Shown here: in pieces, positions 29,763 through 38,947 of the stretch
How the letters are laid out: the number at the start of each line of letters is the position of its first letter
Position numbering within the stretch: position 1 is the stretch's first letter
From: an uncultured Planctomycetia bacterium
Lineage (GTDB): Bacteria; Omnitrophota; Gorgyraeia; 1-14-0-20-64-10
Assembly: GCA_964597545.1 (NCBI GenBank)
Contig: CAZQXN010000001.1
Location: forward strand, 5,655-69,654
Reading direction: 5' to 3'
Length of the DNA stretch: 64,000 nt
The notes under the pieces: generated by a model
The model's database searches: none
The model's input: the letters and a program-made list of their open reading frames with translations, nothing else
Told to the model about the DNA's origin: nothing
Made by a program: the position numbers and the translations under genes

Positions 29763-30943
29763 CGAATCCCCATCTTATTTTTTACGGTTTGGGTCTTGGC
29801 CTGAGAGAGTTTCACCAGGTCCTGCCCGCTGTACAGCTTGCGACCCTTGGTATCGCGCACCCCAACCCGCTCGGTGCAGCAGTAGCACGGGTCAATCGCC
29901 GCCAAGATGATGGTGGCATCCGACAGGGTAGCCCCCACCACTGTTTCCTTGTAGGTCGGCAGATTCATGAAGGTGGGAGCGCGCACCTTATGTCGGGCCG
30001 GGCGGTTGGTGCCGTCACTGCGAACATAATGGAAGGTCTCCCCTCGGGGGGCCTCGATGTGCCCAATCCCCTCACCCGGAGGGATGTCGGTGATCTTGGC
30101 ATCGATCGGGCCATCCGGCAAGTGGGTCAAGCAGTGCTTGATGATCTTGACCGACTCAAACATCTCCAGTACCCGAAGCACCACCTTGTCAAAGACATCC
30201 CCGTTTTGGGTGACGATCATCTTCCAGTCCACCTGATCGTACGCCCCGTAGGAGGAGTCTTTGCGCACATCCCGCGCCACCCCTGAAGCCCGCGAGGTCG
30301 GTCCCAATGCGCTGTAGTTAATCGACTGCTCACGGGTCAAGACCCCTACCCCTCGAGTTCTGGCGTGAAGGACCGGATCGTCCATCACCGCCTTCTTAAG
30401 CAGGATGAGTGTCGGAACAATGGAGTCGATCTTCTTCAAGCAGATCGGGATGTCCTCTGCCTTCAAGTCCCGGCGCACCCCGCCGGGCTTGAACATTGCA
30501 TAGTTGTTGCGGTTGCCTGAGAGGATCTCCATGACATCGAGGATCTCTTCTCTCAGCTTCCAGGCCCACATGAAGACGGTGTTGTAGCCCAGGAAATGGC
30601 CGGCCAGCCCCAACCACAACAGGTGCGAGTGAATCCGCTCCCCCTCGGCAATGATCGTCCGGATGTACTTGGCGCGCAGCGGCACCTCCATGGGGAAGAT
30701 GTCCTCGACCGCCCGAACATAGGCAAAGGGGTGACTGGTCGAGCAGATCCCGCAGATCCGCTCAATGACAAAGGTTACCTGATCAAAGTTCTTGGTCTCA
30801 CAGAGCTTCTCGATTCCCCGGTGGTTGTAGCCAACATGGACATCGATGTCCACCACCCGCTCACCATCCACCGTGAGCGAGAAGAACTCCGGCTCCTCCT
30901 GGAGGGGGTGGTACGGGCCGATCGGAACAATGGTTCTAGCCAT
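29759..30943 (-). CDS. [NiFe] hydrogenase large subunit, group 4 (NuoD/MbhL/EchE-like)
   Basis: N-terminal RICGICSTSH and C-terminal DPCYCCTER Ni-Fe ligand motifs, plus a ~30-aa C-terminal extension as substrate for the HycI-like protease. Start at MARTIVPIGPYHP. Confidence 0.9.
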   Translation of the reverse strand: MARTIVPIGPYHPLQEEPEFFSLTVDGERVVDIDVHVGYNHRGIEKLCETKNFDQVTFVIERICGICSTSHPFAYVRAVEDIFPMEVPLRAKYIRTIIAEGERIHSHLLWLGLAGHFLGYNTVFMWAWKLREEILDVMEILSGNRNNYAMFKPGGVRRDLKAEDIPICLKKIDSIVPTLILLKKAVMDDPVLHARTRGVGVLTREQSINYSALGPTSRASGVARDVRKDSSYGAYDQVDWKMIVTQNGDVFDKVVLRVLEMFESVKIIKHCLTHLPDGPIDAKITDIPPGEGIGHIEAPRGETFHYVRSDGTNRPARHKVRAPTFMNLPTYKETVVGATLSDATIILAAIDPCYCCTERVGVRDTKGRKLYSGQDLVKLSQAKTQTVKNKMGIR

Positions 30944-31416
30944 CAGACCCCCCGATCCCGGATCGCATCTGGATCCCATTCTTTATAGTCGCGCCTTAAG
31001 GGATAGACCCCCTCCGGCCATTCATCCGGCAGGAGCAGGCGCTTCAAGTTCGGATGCCCTTTAAAGCGGATCCCTAAGAGCTCATGGATCTCCCGCTCAA
31101 TCCAGTTGGCCGCCGCAAAGGTATGGGCCAAGGAATCCACCTCCAGATTCCTCTTGGACAGGGTAACGCGCAGCGAGATCAGCAGATTGATCCCCTCCAA
31201 GGTGAAGTGATAGAGAATCTCCATGTGGCTGCGGCAATCCACACCGGAGGCAATGTTAAAACGGGCTCCAAGGGTCTTGAAGATGTAGGTGGCCACAGAA
31301 ACCAGCGCTCCGGACTTGATGTCCAGATAGAGTCGCTTTGAGGATTTCTCGGTGGCCCCGGTGATCTCCGCGGCAAAGCGAGTTTTAAGATCGTTAATAA
31401 TGATTTCTCTCTGCAT
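30943..31416 (-). CDS. NuoC-like (30 kDa) subunit of the hydrogenase
   Basis: 157 aa with the Complex1_30kDa pattern (ERE..ELLGI.F.GHP). Confidence 0.8.
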   Translation of the reverse strand: MQREIIINDLKTRFAAEITGATEKSSKRLYLDIKSGALVSVATYIFKTLGARFNIASGVDCRSHMEILYHFTLEGINLLISLRVTLSKRNLEVDSLAHTFAAANWIEREIHELLGIRFKGHPNLKRLLLPDEWPEGVYPLRRDYKEWDPDAIRDRGV

Positions 31417-31426
31417 GACCTTCAGG

Positions 31427-31876
31427 TTACCCTTCTTGCTTCTGGGGTTTCTTCAACTGTTCCTGGATCTTGCCGATGAGCTTGACTGCCCCGGCAATGA
31501 TCGCCTCAGGCTTGGGCGGGCAGCCCGGGATGTAAGCATCCACCGGGATGACCTTGTCCAGCGGCACGGGGCAATTGTAGCTTTGAATGAACAGCCCTCG
31601 GGACAAGGAACACTCGCCGATGGCAACCACCAGGCACGGTTTGGGTACCTGGTCATAGAGGGCCTTGACCCGATGCATGGACTTTCGGTTGCAGGAACCG
31701 GTCACCAACAGCACATCGGCATGCTTGATGCTTCCGGCCAGCAACATTCCAAAGCGCTCCACGTCAAAGCGCGGAGTCAGACAATCTAAGATCTCAATGT
31801 CGCAGTTGTTGCAGCTGCCGGTCGAGAGGTGAAAAACCCACGGCGATTGTGTGAGGGCCTTAAGCTTCACACTCAT
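31427..31876 (-). CDS. [NiFe] hydrogenase small subunit, NuoB-like (MbhJ/EchC-like)
   Basis: The GSCNNCD...CPP[K] cysteine set for the proximal 4Fe-4S cluster. Confidence 0.85.
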   Translation of the reverse strand: MSVKLKALTQSPWVFHLSTGSCNNCDIEILDCLTPRFDVERFGMLLAGSIKHADVLLVTGSCNRKSMHRVKALYDQVPKPCLVVAIGECSLSRGLFIQSYNCPVPLDKVIPVDAYIPGCPPKPEAIIAGAVKLIGKIQEQLKKPQKQEG

Positions 31877-31878
31877 CT

Positions 31879-32793
31879 CTACCTCCCCACCCAGGCCAGC
31901 ACCACGGCCACCACGGCGAGTCCTGTCATCGGTCCCCAGAAGAATCGGACGGCTTGATCAATCCGCACCCTCGGGTTGGTATTGCGGATCACCGTGATCA
32001 GGGCCACTAAGCCTACGACCTTCAGGATCCCCACAAGGGGATTGGAACCGAGGCCGCCCAAAAAGAGGAGCGTCAGCAGCAAGGGCAACACAAACAAGAG
32101 CATGTTCTTAGTCAGTCGATAAATGGCAAGCCCGGGCCCAGAGTAGTCGATGATCAGTCCCCCTGCAATTTCAGTCTCGGCCTCAGGGGCGTCAAAGGGG
32201 ACCAGGGCGAGTTTCGCCTGAATGCACAGGAGGGCCACGATCAGCGCCAGCGTTCCAGAGAGAGAGCCGGCCACCAACCCTTGGGCCTGCTGTGCCGCCA
32301 CAATGTCGCTTAAGCGGATGGAAAACCCCGATTGCATGATCGGAACCAACAGGGCCAGCACAAAGGGCAGCTCGTAGCTTAAGACCAGCTTCATCTCCCG
32401 GGAAGCCCCCAGGCTTGCATAGGGATTTCCTGAGGCAAAACCGCCCAGGATGAGGCTGATGGAGGGTATGGCCAGCAGGTAAACCACCACGATCAGATCC
32501 CCCACAAATCCCTCCGAAGGGGCCAAGATGTTGACCCAGAGCATGCTCGCCACCAAGATGGTGCTCGCCAATCCCAGTACAGGGGCCAAGAGAAAGATCC
32601 CCCGGGAGGCAGTCTCTGGGATCAAGGTTTCCTTGCCCAAGAGCTTCACCAGATCGATCAAGGGCTGGAGCAGCGGGGGTCCTACGCGATACTGCACCCG
32701 GGCGGTGACCTTTCGGTCCACCCAGCTAAAAACCAGCCCCAATACGGCTGTCGCGAGGAACCCGAACCCTAAGACAGTGACCGCCAGGTTCAT
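31879..32793 (-). CDS. NuoH-like membrane subunit (MbhM/EchB-like)
   Basis: 304 aa NADHdh-family membrane protein (VQYRVGPPLLQPLIDLVKL). Confidence 0.85.
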   Translation of the reverse strand: MNLAVTVLGFGFLATAVLGLVFSWVDRKVTARVQYRVGPPLLQPLIDLVKLLGKETLIPETASRGIFLLAPVLGLASTILVASMLWVNILAPSEGFVGDLIVVVYLLAIPSISLILGGFASGNPYASLGASREMKLVLSYELPFVLALLVPIMQSGFSIRLSDIVAAQQAQGLVAGSLSGTLALIVALLCIQAKLALVPFDAPEAETEIAGGLIIDYSGPGLAIYRLTKNMLLFVLPLLLTLLFLGGLGSNPLVGILKVVGLVALITVIRNTNPRVRIDQAVRFFWGPMTGLAVVAVVLAWVGR

Positions 32794-33347
32794 GCCTTGC
32801 TCCGATCCCAGTGGGTGGAATGCACGATCAAGTGGTCTCCAACCAAGAAGGTGTTCTCATCCAGTTTTTTGTCGCCCCGCTCCAGGCGCAGGGCGCCCTC
32901 GGGGCAGCTCTTCACGCACAGGGGCTCTCCGGCCTTCTCCTGGCGGTCCAAGCAATAATCGCAGTTGTGTGTCAGCTGCGGAAGATTCTCAGGGTAAATG
33001 GTCCCATAGGGACAAGCCACCGAACAGGATTTGCAGCTGACACAGCGCATGGCGTGGCGAACCAAGAGCTTGCCTTTATCCTTCTGCTGCTCCAGCGCCT
33101 CCGCCGGACAAGCGTTAACGCAGTGGGGCTCCTCGCAGCGCCGGCACACCAAAGCATAGGTCGCCAGCTCCGCCACCGAGAAAACACCGTTGTTGTCCGG
33201 ATGATAGAAGTAGCTGCACTGAATCTTGCACCCGCTGCACTCGCCGGTGGGGCAGCGATCCAGATCAACGAAGAGTCTCAGATCCCCTCCCGGCTTGGGG
33301 GCTGGGTTCAATTTTTCCTGGTGCAGTTCTTCAGCGCTTGTTCCCAT
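32790..33347 (-). CDS. 4Fe-4S dicluster ferredoxin-like electron-transfer subunit
   Basis: Several CxxCxxCxxxCP motifs. Start at MGTSAEEL. Confidence 0.6.
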   Translation of the reverse strand: MGTSAEELHQEKLNPAPKPGGDLRLFVDLDRCPTGECSGCKIQCSYFYHPDNNGVFSVAELATYALVCRRCEEPHCVNACPAEALEQQKDKGKLLVRHAMRCVSCKSCSVACPYGTIYPENLPQLTHNCDYCLDRQEKAGEPLCVKSCPEGALRLERGDKKLDENTFLVGDHLIVHSTHWDRSKA

Positions 33348-33357
33348 GTGGCGTTCC

Positions 33358-34179
33358 CTAGTCCCAAATCTCAGGTAAATGTTGGATCTGATCGAATTGA
33401 AAGACTGGCCCGTCCTCGCAGCAGTAGAAGTTGCCCAATCGGCAATGGCCGCACTTGCCGATCCCGCACGACATGTTCTTCTCCATGGAGACGTAAAGTC
33501 GGTCAGGCCGAATGCCCATCTCAAGGAGTTTCCGGGTTGTATGCTTCATCATGACCGGCGGTCCGCAGACCACGGCGATGCCGGAGTCGAAATCCATCCT
33601 GATGTCATCTAGGATGGTTGTCACCACCCCCACCGATCCCTTCCAGCCGGGGTCTCCCACATCGACGCTGAGCTTCAGATCCAAATCCTTGCGCTTACCC
33701 CAAGTCTCCATCTCTTCCCGGTAAACCAGCTCCTTGGAGGAGCGGCATCCCCCTCGGAAGTAGAGCCGGCGCAGCTGGCCGCTCATGGCAAAGAACTCAT
33801 ACATGAGGCTGCGCAGGGGGGCAAATCCACACCCTCCGCCGACCACCAACACCTCTTGATCTTTGAACTTGTCTAAGGGGTAGGCCGATCCCAGGGGGCC
33901 ACGCAGCCCCACGGTCTCGCCGACTTTAAGCTTGTGGACACGCTCGGTCACCTTGCCCACCTTCATGATGGTCAGCTGAATCAGATCCTTCTCAGCCGGA
34001 GGCGAGGAAGGGGTAAAGGGAGCCTCCCCTACACCCGGGATGGTCAGCGCCACAAACTGCCCAGCGGCAAAAGAGATCGGGCGGCTGGGACGCAGTTTGA
34101 TGGTCCGGATGGTGGGGGTCTCTTGGGTTGTCTCCACCACCTGGGTCTCAATTAAGCTATACGGATTGGCAGAGTTCAT
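33358..34179 (-). CDS. FAD/NAD(P)-binding oxidoreductase subunit with C-terminal [2Fe-2S] (sulfhydrogenase gamma HydG / AsrB / PyrK-like)
   Basis: FNR-like FAD and NAD(P) domains plus a C-terminal CGIGKCGHCRLGNFYCC iron-sulfur motif. Confidence 0.75.
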   Translation of the reverse strand: MNSANPYSLIETQVVETTQETPTIRTIKLRPSRPISFAAGQFVALTIPGVGEAPFTPSSPPAEKDLIQLTIMKVGKVTERVHKLKVGETVGLRGPLGSAYPLDKFKDQEVLVVGGGCGFAPLRSLMYEFFAMSGQLRRLYFRGGCRSSKELVYREEMETWGKRKDLDLKLSVDVGDPGWKGSVGVVTTILDDIRMDFDSGIAVVCGPPVMMKHTTRKLLEMGIRPDRLYVSMEKNMSCGIGKCGHCRLGNFYCCEDGPVFQFDQIQHLPEIWD

Positions 34180-35233
34180 CTTTGCCGATGAGCCTCCTTA
34201 AGACCTTGCGAATATCAATCTTGGCCGGACAGGCCGTGATGCACCGGCCGCAGCCGGTACAGGCCGTCACCCCGGACACCTTGGGGAAAAAGTCGAATTT
34301 CTTCTCAAAGCGGTTGCGCAGCCGGGAAGCCAGCTCAGGCCTCGGGTTTCCCCCGCCGGCCACCCGGGCATAATCTTTGAGCATGCAGGAATCCCAAGCC
34401 CGCATCCGGGCCATTTGGCTTTGCGAGAGTTGGTCATATATAAGGAAGCAATGGCAGGTGGGGCAAATGGCGGTGCAGGCTGCGCACTCGACACAGGTTT
34501 GGGCCTCATCCTTCCAGAGGAGAGCATCGTACTGGCGCTCAATGGTCCCTTTGAGTGTCCCTTCGGAAGGAACCTGAAACTGGGCCAGATTCTCCTGGAC
34601 ACTCTCGGTCACGCCGGCCCGCTGCCGGTCTCGCGCTTGGATGTGCCCCTCATTTGCCCGCTCGAACAGATCTGCATGGGTCTGAGTAAGGGCCTGCCCT
34701 TTTTCAGAGCCCACGGCGACCAAGAACTGGCCCTGAAGCTCAGAGAGATTGAGGTCAAAATCACCCTCAGGGTTCGGTCGAATGCCCATGGCCAAACAGA
34801 AGCAGGTCTCAATCGCACAGGTGCAGTCGGCGCTCACAATAAGGCTTTTTTCGCGCAGGTCAACGTACAGGGGGTCGGGGCGGTTGTTGTTTCGAAAGAC
34901 GAAATCCTGGATCCGGAAGCCCTTGAGGTCGCAGGCCTTCACCCCTACGATGGCAACCGGTTTTTCTTGGGTCCCAGGCGGCTCTGCTGAGAACCCTTGG
35001 GCCACACACTCCCGTGCCGGTGAGAAAAAGCTTTTTAAGGGCTCAAAGGGGCGAACCTCGCCAATGACCATCTCTTCGGCCGGTATCGGAAAGCGGGCAT
35101 AACAGCGCTGATCTTGGCGTCGGGTGGGAAGATAAACGTTGTAGGAACCGGACAGGCGGGTGAGCAGCTCGACCAGCTTTTCCTGCGAGAGAAGAAGAGG
35201 GTGGTTATCTGTCTGGTTTTGTCCGAAATCCAT
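34157..35233 (-). CDS. FeS subunit (sulfhydrogenase beta HydB / anaerobic sulfite reductase AsrA-like)
   Basis: Conserved Cys clusters (CVECAACTAICPTCHC, CTGCGRCITACP) in AsrA/HydB arrangement. Confidence 0.75.
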   Translation of the reverse strand: MDFGQNQTDNHPLLLSQEKLVELLTRLSGSYNVYLPTRRQDQRCYARFPIPAEEMVIGEVRPFEPLKSFFSPARECVAQGFSAEPPGTQEKPVAIVGVKACDLKGFRIQDFVFRNNNRPDPLYVDLREKSLIVSADCTCAIETCFCLAMGIRPNPEGDFDLNLSELQGQFLVAVGSEKGQALTQTHADLFERANEGHIQARDRQRAGVTESVQENLAQFQVPSEGTLKGTIERQYDALLWKDEAQTCVECAACTAICPTCHCFLIYDQLSQSQMARMRAWDSCMLKDYARVAGGGNPRPELASRLRNRFEKKFDFFPKVSGVTACTGCGRCITACPAKIDIRKVLRRLIGKDELCQSV

Positions 35234-35292
35234 GTTACAAGAGGAGAAAGGTAACGACGAAAATGTCTGCTGCGTGCTGCCTTAGGTCAGGT

Positions 35293-35308
35293 AGATCATA
35301 TATGATCT
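35293..35308. promoter_or_regulatory. perfect 16-bp palindrome AGATCATATATGATCT upstream of the hydrogenase/FeS operon
   Basis: Lies in the 118-bp gap between the GT4 gene stop and the AsrA-like gene start. Candidate operator. Confidence 0.3.
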
Positions 35309-35351
35309 ATATCATAGAAGCAAGCAAGAAAAAGACAGCCCTCCAACCCGA

Positions 35352-36635
35352 TTAAGAGGACACAGCTTGAGTTTCTGTTACCTTCCGCTGGGACCTCTCG
35401 CGGGTGCGGGAGCGGGTGGTGGCTGGATGGTGAGCTTTGAGGGCCTGCTCGTAGACACCCAGGGTGTGATCGGTCACGTCCTGAATTTTGTAATGCTGCT
35501 CCACCATCTGGCGCCCGGTGTATCCCAAGCGCTTTCGCAACCGGTCATTGTGCAGCAGTTCGGTGGTCCGCCACGCCAGCGCCTCAAAATCACGCACCGG
35601 GATCACAAAACCGTTGATGCCATCCTTGACGATCTCCGGCATCCCGCCCATCTCGGTCACAATCATCGGTCGTTCGGTCGCGAGCGCTTCCAGCATGGTC
35701 AACCCAAAGGGCTCCCCCACAGAGGAGGGATAAAGGCAGACCTCAGAGAGGCGGTAGAGCTCCGGCATCAGATCCAGCGGGAACGCATCGATCAGCACAT
35801 GTTTGCGCAGCTTGAAGAACTCCACCAAGTCCACCATGTAGGCAATTTCCTTCTGCTGGGTCGAGACCCAGTCGATGATATTCTTGGTGCCGGCCAAAAC
35901 CAGCATGATGTCTGGAATGCGCTCGCGCATGAGGTTGAGCGCCTTGATGCTGACGTCGCACCCCTTGGCCAAACCCATTCGGGCCGGATGGAAGATAACA
36001 CGCTTTCCTTTAAGCTGCGGATAAGCGGCCAGTGCCTTTGCGGTGGAGCCTTGGGCCGAGAAATCCTGATGGTCTACCCCATGATGGACGACGGTGATCT
36101 TGCGGTCGTCCACGCCGACTCCGATCATCTCCTTCTTGATGAAATGACTGACCGCGATGATCTGATCCCATTGGGTCTTCCGAATCAAATCGGTATAGAG
36201 GTTATCATCCCAAGTGTTGTGTGCGGTCAGGATCAGGGGGATTTTCCTTGCGCGAGCCTTGCGCTCCAGAATCTGAGTATGCAGCTTGCTGAAGTAATGC
36301 ATGTTGTGGGTATGGATGACATCCGGCTGGGTCTCCTTGAGAAACTTGGAGAGCACTCCGTCCACTTCGGCCTCGAGCCCATTCATGCCCCGTTTTTGGA
36401 GCCAGCTTAAGTCCATGATCGGTTCGCGGACAATAGAGGCCCCCTGGTACATCTCCCGGGCCGGCGCTCCCTCCACCGCTCCGGTTAATAGGGTGACCTG
36501 GTGCCCCATGGCCGCCAAGGCCGGCAGCACCATGGTCAGGTGGGTTTCCACCCCTCCGATGATGGGGGGGAAGCCCCAGTGCAAATGAACGATCCGGAGC
36601 TTTCTTGAAGAAAACGAGCTCTGCATTTTAATCAC
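35352..36635 (-). CDS. GT4 family glycosyltransferase (retaining, sugar-phosphate/nucleotide-sugar dependent)
   Basis: GT-B fold with the EPFGLTMLEALATERPMIVTEMGG motif. Confidence 0.75.
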   Translation of the reverse strand: MIKMQSSFSSRKLRIVHLHWGFPPIIGGVETHLTMVLPALAAMGHQVTLLTGAVEGAPAREMYQGASIVREPIMDLSWLQKRGMNGLEAEVDGVLSKFLKETQPDVIHTHNMHYFSKLHTQILERKARARKIPLILTAHNTWDDNLYTDLIRKTQWDQIIAVSHFIKKEMIGVGVDDRKITVVHHGVDHQDFSAQGSTAKALAAYPQLKGKRVIFHPARMGLAKGCDVSIKALNLMRERIPDIMLVLAGTKNIIDWVSTQQKEIAYMVDLVEFFKLRKHVLIDAFPLDLMPELYRLSEVCLYPSSVGEPFGLTMLEALATERPMIVTEMGGMPEIVKDGINGFVIPVRDFEALAWRTTELLHNDRLRKRLGYTGRQMVEQHYKIQDVTDHTLGVYEQALKAHHPATTRSRTRERSQRKVTETQAVSS

Positions 36636-38947
36636 CTGCCTTTAGAAGTTGCTTTTAATGGAAGGCGCAAGGAACTGTTGGCGCGCAGCGTGTAGCGCTT
36701 GCCCCCCACCTTCACAGGAACCCGAAGCTTGCTCTGCTTGGGGGTCAGTTGGATTTGAAGCGTGTTCTTCTTAATTTGAAATTCCAGCTGGGTGCCGCGC
36801 CAATAGAGTGAGAAGGAGAGCGCCTGCCAGGGCTTGGGCAGATGGGGATTCACCTCCAGCCCCTCCCGGAGGATGCGAACCCCCCCGAAACCATTGACCA
36901 CCGCCTGCCAGACCCCGCCCAAAGAGGCGCCATGGATGCCGGCGTGGGTATTGTCGTAGTGATTCTTGAGATCTGCATTGAGCGCAATCAAAAAGTATTT
37001 GTAGGCCCGTTCATGGTCTCCCACCTCGCTGCCGATGGCTGCATGCACCGGAAGGCTCAAAGAGGATTTGTGGAGCGTTCGGCGAAGGTAATAGTCGTAG
37101 TTGGCCTTCTTGGCTCGCTGGCTGAAGGCGGAGTTGAGCACATGCGTCAGCATCACCACATCGGCCTGCTTGATAAATTGGGTCTTGCCCACCTGGCTTA
37201 AATCCAATCCCACCGGGATTCCGGGAAGCCCGTGCTTGTTGAGCGAGGTGATCTGCACCGCTCGACGCTTGAAATAACCGCTGAACTGTTCGACCACGCC
37301 GTCCGGCCGGACGTTGATCTGCATGCGTGCGGCCACGCGTTTCCACTGCTTGACCTCATCGGCCTCGAGTTTCAACCGATGGATTAAGCTGCTCCATGCG
37401 CCTGGATGTCGGCGCTTGAGCACCCTGTAGACTGCAGCCGCCATGTGCAGGTTCCACTGCGCGAGGCAATTGGTGAAAGCGTTGTTGTTGATGTCCTCAT
37501 GAAACTCATCCGGTCCGATGACGTGGTGGATTTCGTAGGTGCGTCTTTTGCGGTCGTAGCGCACGCGGCTGGCCCAAAAGCGAGCAGTTTCCAACATGAT
37601 CTCGTAGCCATGCCGCAGCATGAACTCCTCATCGCCGGTAACGGTCGCATAGTAATACGCGGCATAGGCCACATCGGCAACGATGTGATGCTCAAATTCG
37701 CCAGTCCGCACCGGGATAATCCGCCCATCAAAGTCCTTGGCCCAGCTCGGGGTGGTCTCTTCGCCGGTATCTGCCGACTCCCAAGGAAACCGTGCCCCCT
37801 TAAAACCGGTCTCCTTGGCATAGCGGCGCGCTGCATCCAAACGATAATAACGGTACAGCAGCATGTTGCGGGCTGCTGTCGGCTGGGTGAGGATGTAGAA
37901 GGGCATCAAGAAAAGCTCGGTGTCCCAGAAGATATGGCCCCGATACCCCTCGCCGCTTAAGGTCTTGGCCCCCACACTGGCCTCCCCCTCCATTTCCGGG
38001 GCGCAGATCATCAAGTGATAGAGGGTAAAGCGGATCCCCTTCTGTGCTTCAGGGTCTCCCGAGATCTGGATGTCTGCGGTGTCCCACAAGCGATGCATGG
38101 CGCGCTGGTGACGCTTGAGCAGGGTATCAAACCCGCGCTGTGCCGCTTGAGTCAACAATGCAGTGGTTTTGCGCTCGGTCACACCCAGGCGAACATCCCG
38201 AACAGCCTGGAGACACACCAGCTTGGTAAAACGCGCGGTTTGACCCTTTTTAAGCTTGAGCAGCAACGTTTGTTCAGCGGTCGTTATATTCTTGCGGCCA
38301 ATCTCAACACCCAGCTGGGAGGCGTAAGCAATGAGGGCCTTGCCCTCCAAGGTCTTGACGCAGAGGTAGCGCATCTGGTCGGTTTCAAAGACCTGCGCCA
38401 ATTGAAAGTGCCGCTTGTTCCCCTCAGTCAGAACTCCACTGTTGGAAACAGAGTCGTCGATTCCACCCTTAACCGTAATCTCTGCGGCATGATCCAGCGG
38501 GGTGAAGCTTACCCGCATGCCGATGACCTGCTTGTCCGCCATGCTGATAAACCGCACCGATTGGTAATCGTACCTGCGCTTGTGGCGATCCTGGTAAACC
38601 GTGCGCCGAACCACCAACCCGTTTCTAAGATCCAACCAGCGCTTATGGCTGACAACCTTCATGGCCACCACGCCCACCTTCTCTCCTCCCACCATAAAAT
38701 TAAACTGCAGCGGGTTGGGGAGGTTGACCAATTCAGGCTCCTGGGCGGTTATTCGGTCGTAGAGCCCTGCGATATAGGTTCCGGGGCGCGCATCGTAGGG
38801 AAGCTCTTCAAGGATGCCGCGAACCCCCAGGATGCCATTGCCCTGAGCAAAGAGGGTCTCCTGTATCCCTTGGCGCTGCTTGTCCCATTGCTCTTCGGTG
38901 ATCAGCCAAGGGTTGCCGGAAAGATAATGGGTACAGCCGTTTGTCAT
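36632..38947 (-). CDS. GH65 family glycoside phosphorylase (maltose/trehalose/kojibiose phosphorylase-like)
   Basis: 771 aa with the GH65 N-terminal beta-sandwich, central (alpha/alpha)6 barrel and C-terminal domain. Confidence 0.85.
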   Translation of the reverse strand: MTNGCTHYLSGNPWLITEEQWDKQRQGIQETLFAQGNGILGVRGILEELPYDARPGTYIAGLYDRITAQEPELVNLPNPLQFNFMVGGEKVGVVAMKVVSHKRWLDLRNGLVVRRTVYQDRHKRRYDYQSVRFISMADKQVIGMRVSFTPLDHAAEITVKGGIDDSVSNSGVLTEGNKRHFQLAQVFETDQMRYLCVKTLEGKALIAYASQLGVEIGRKNITTAEQTLLLKLKKGQTARFTKLVCLQAVRDVRLGVTERKTTALLTQAAQRGFDTLLKRHQRAMHRLWDTADIQISGDPEAQKGIRFTLYHLMICAPEMEGEASVGAKTLSGEGYRGHIFWDTELFLMPFYILTQPTAARNMLLYRYYRLDAARRYAKETGFKGARFPWESADTGEETTPSWAKDFDGRIIPVRTGEFEHHIVADVAYAAYYYATVTGDEEFMLRHGYEIMLETARFWASRVRYDRKRRTYEIHHVIGPDEFHEDINNNAFTNCLAQWNLHMAAAVYRVLKRRHPGAWSSLIHRLKLEADEVKQWKRVAARMQINVRPDGVVEQFSGYFKRRAVQITSLNKHGLPGIPVGLDLSQVGKTQFIKQADVVMLTHVLNSAFSQRAKKANYDYYLRRTLHKSSLSLPVHAAIGSEVGDHERAYKYFLIALNADLKNHYDNTHAGIHGASLGGVWQAVVNGFGGVRILREGLEVNPHLPKPWQALSFSLYWRGTQLEFQIKKNTLQIQLTPKQSKLRVPVKVGGKRYTLRANSSLRLPLKATSKGR

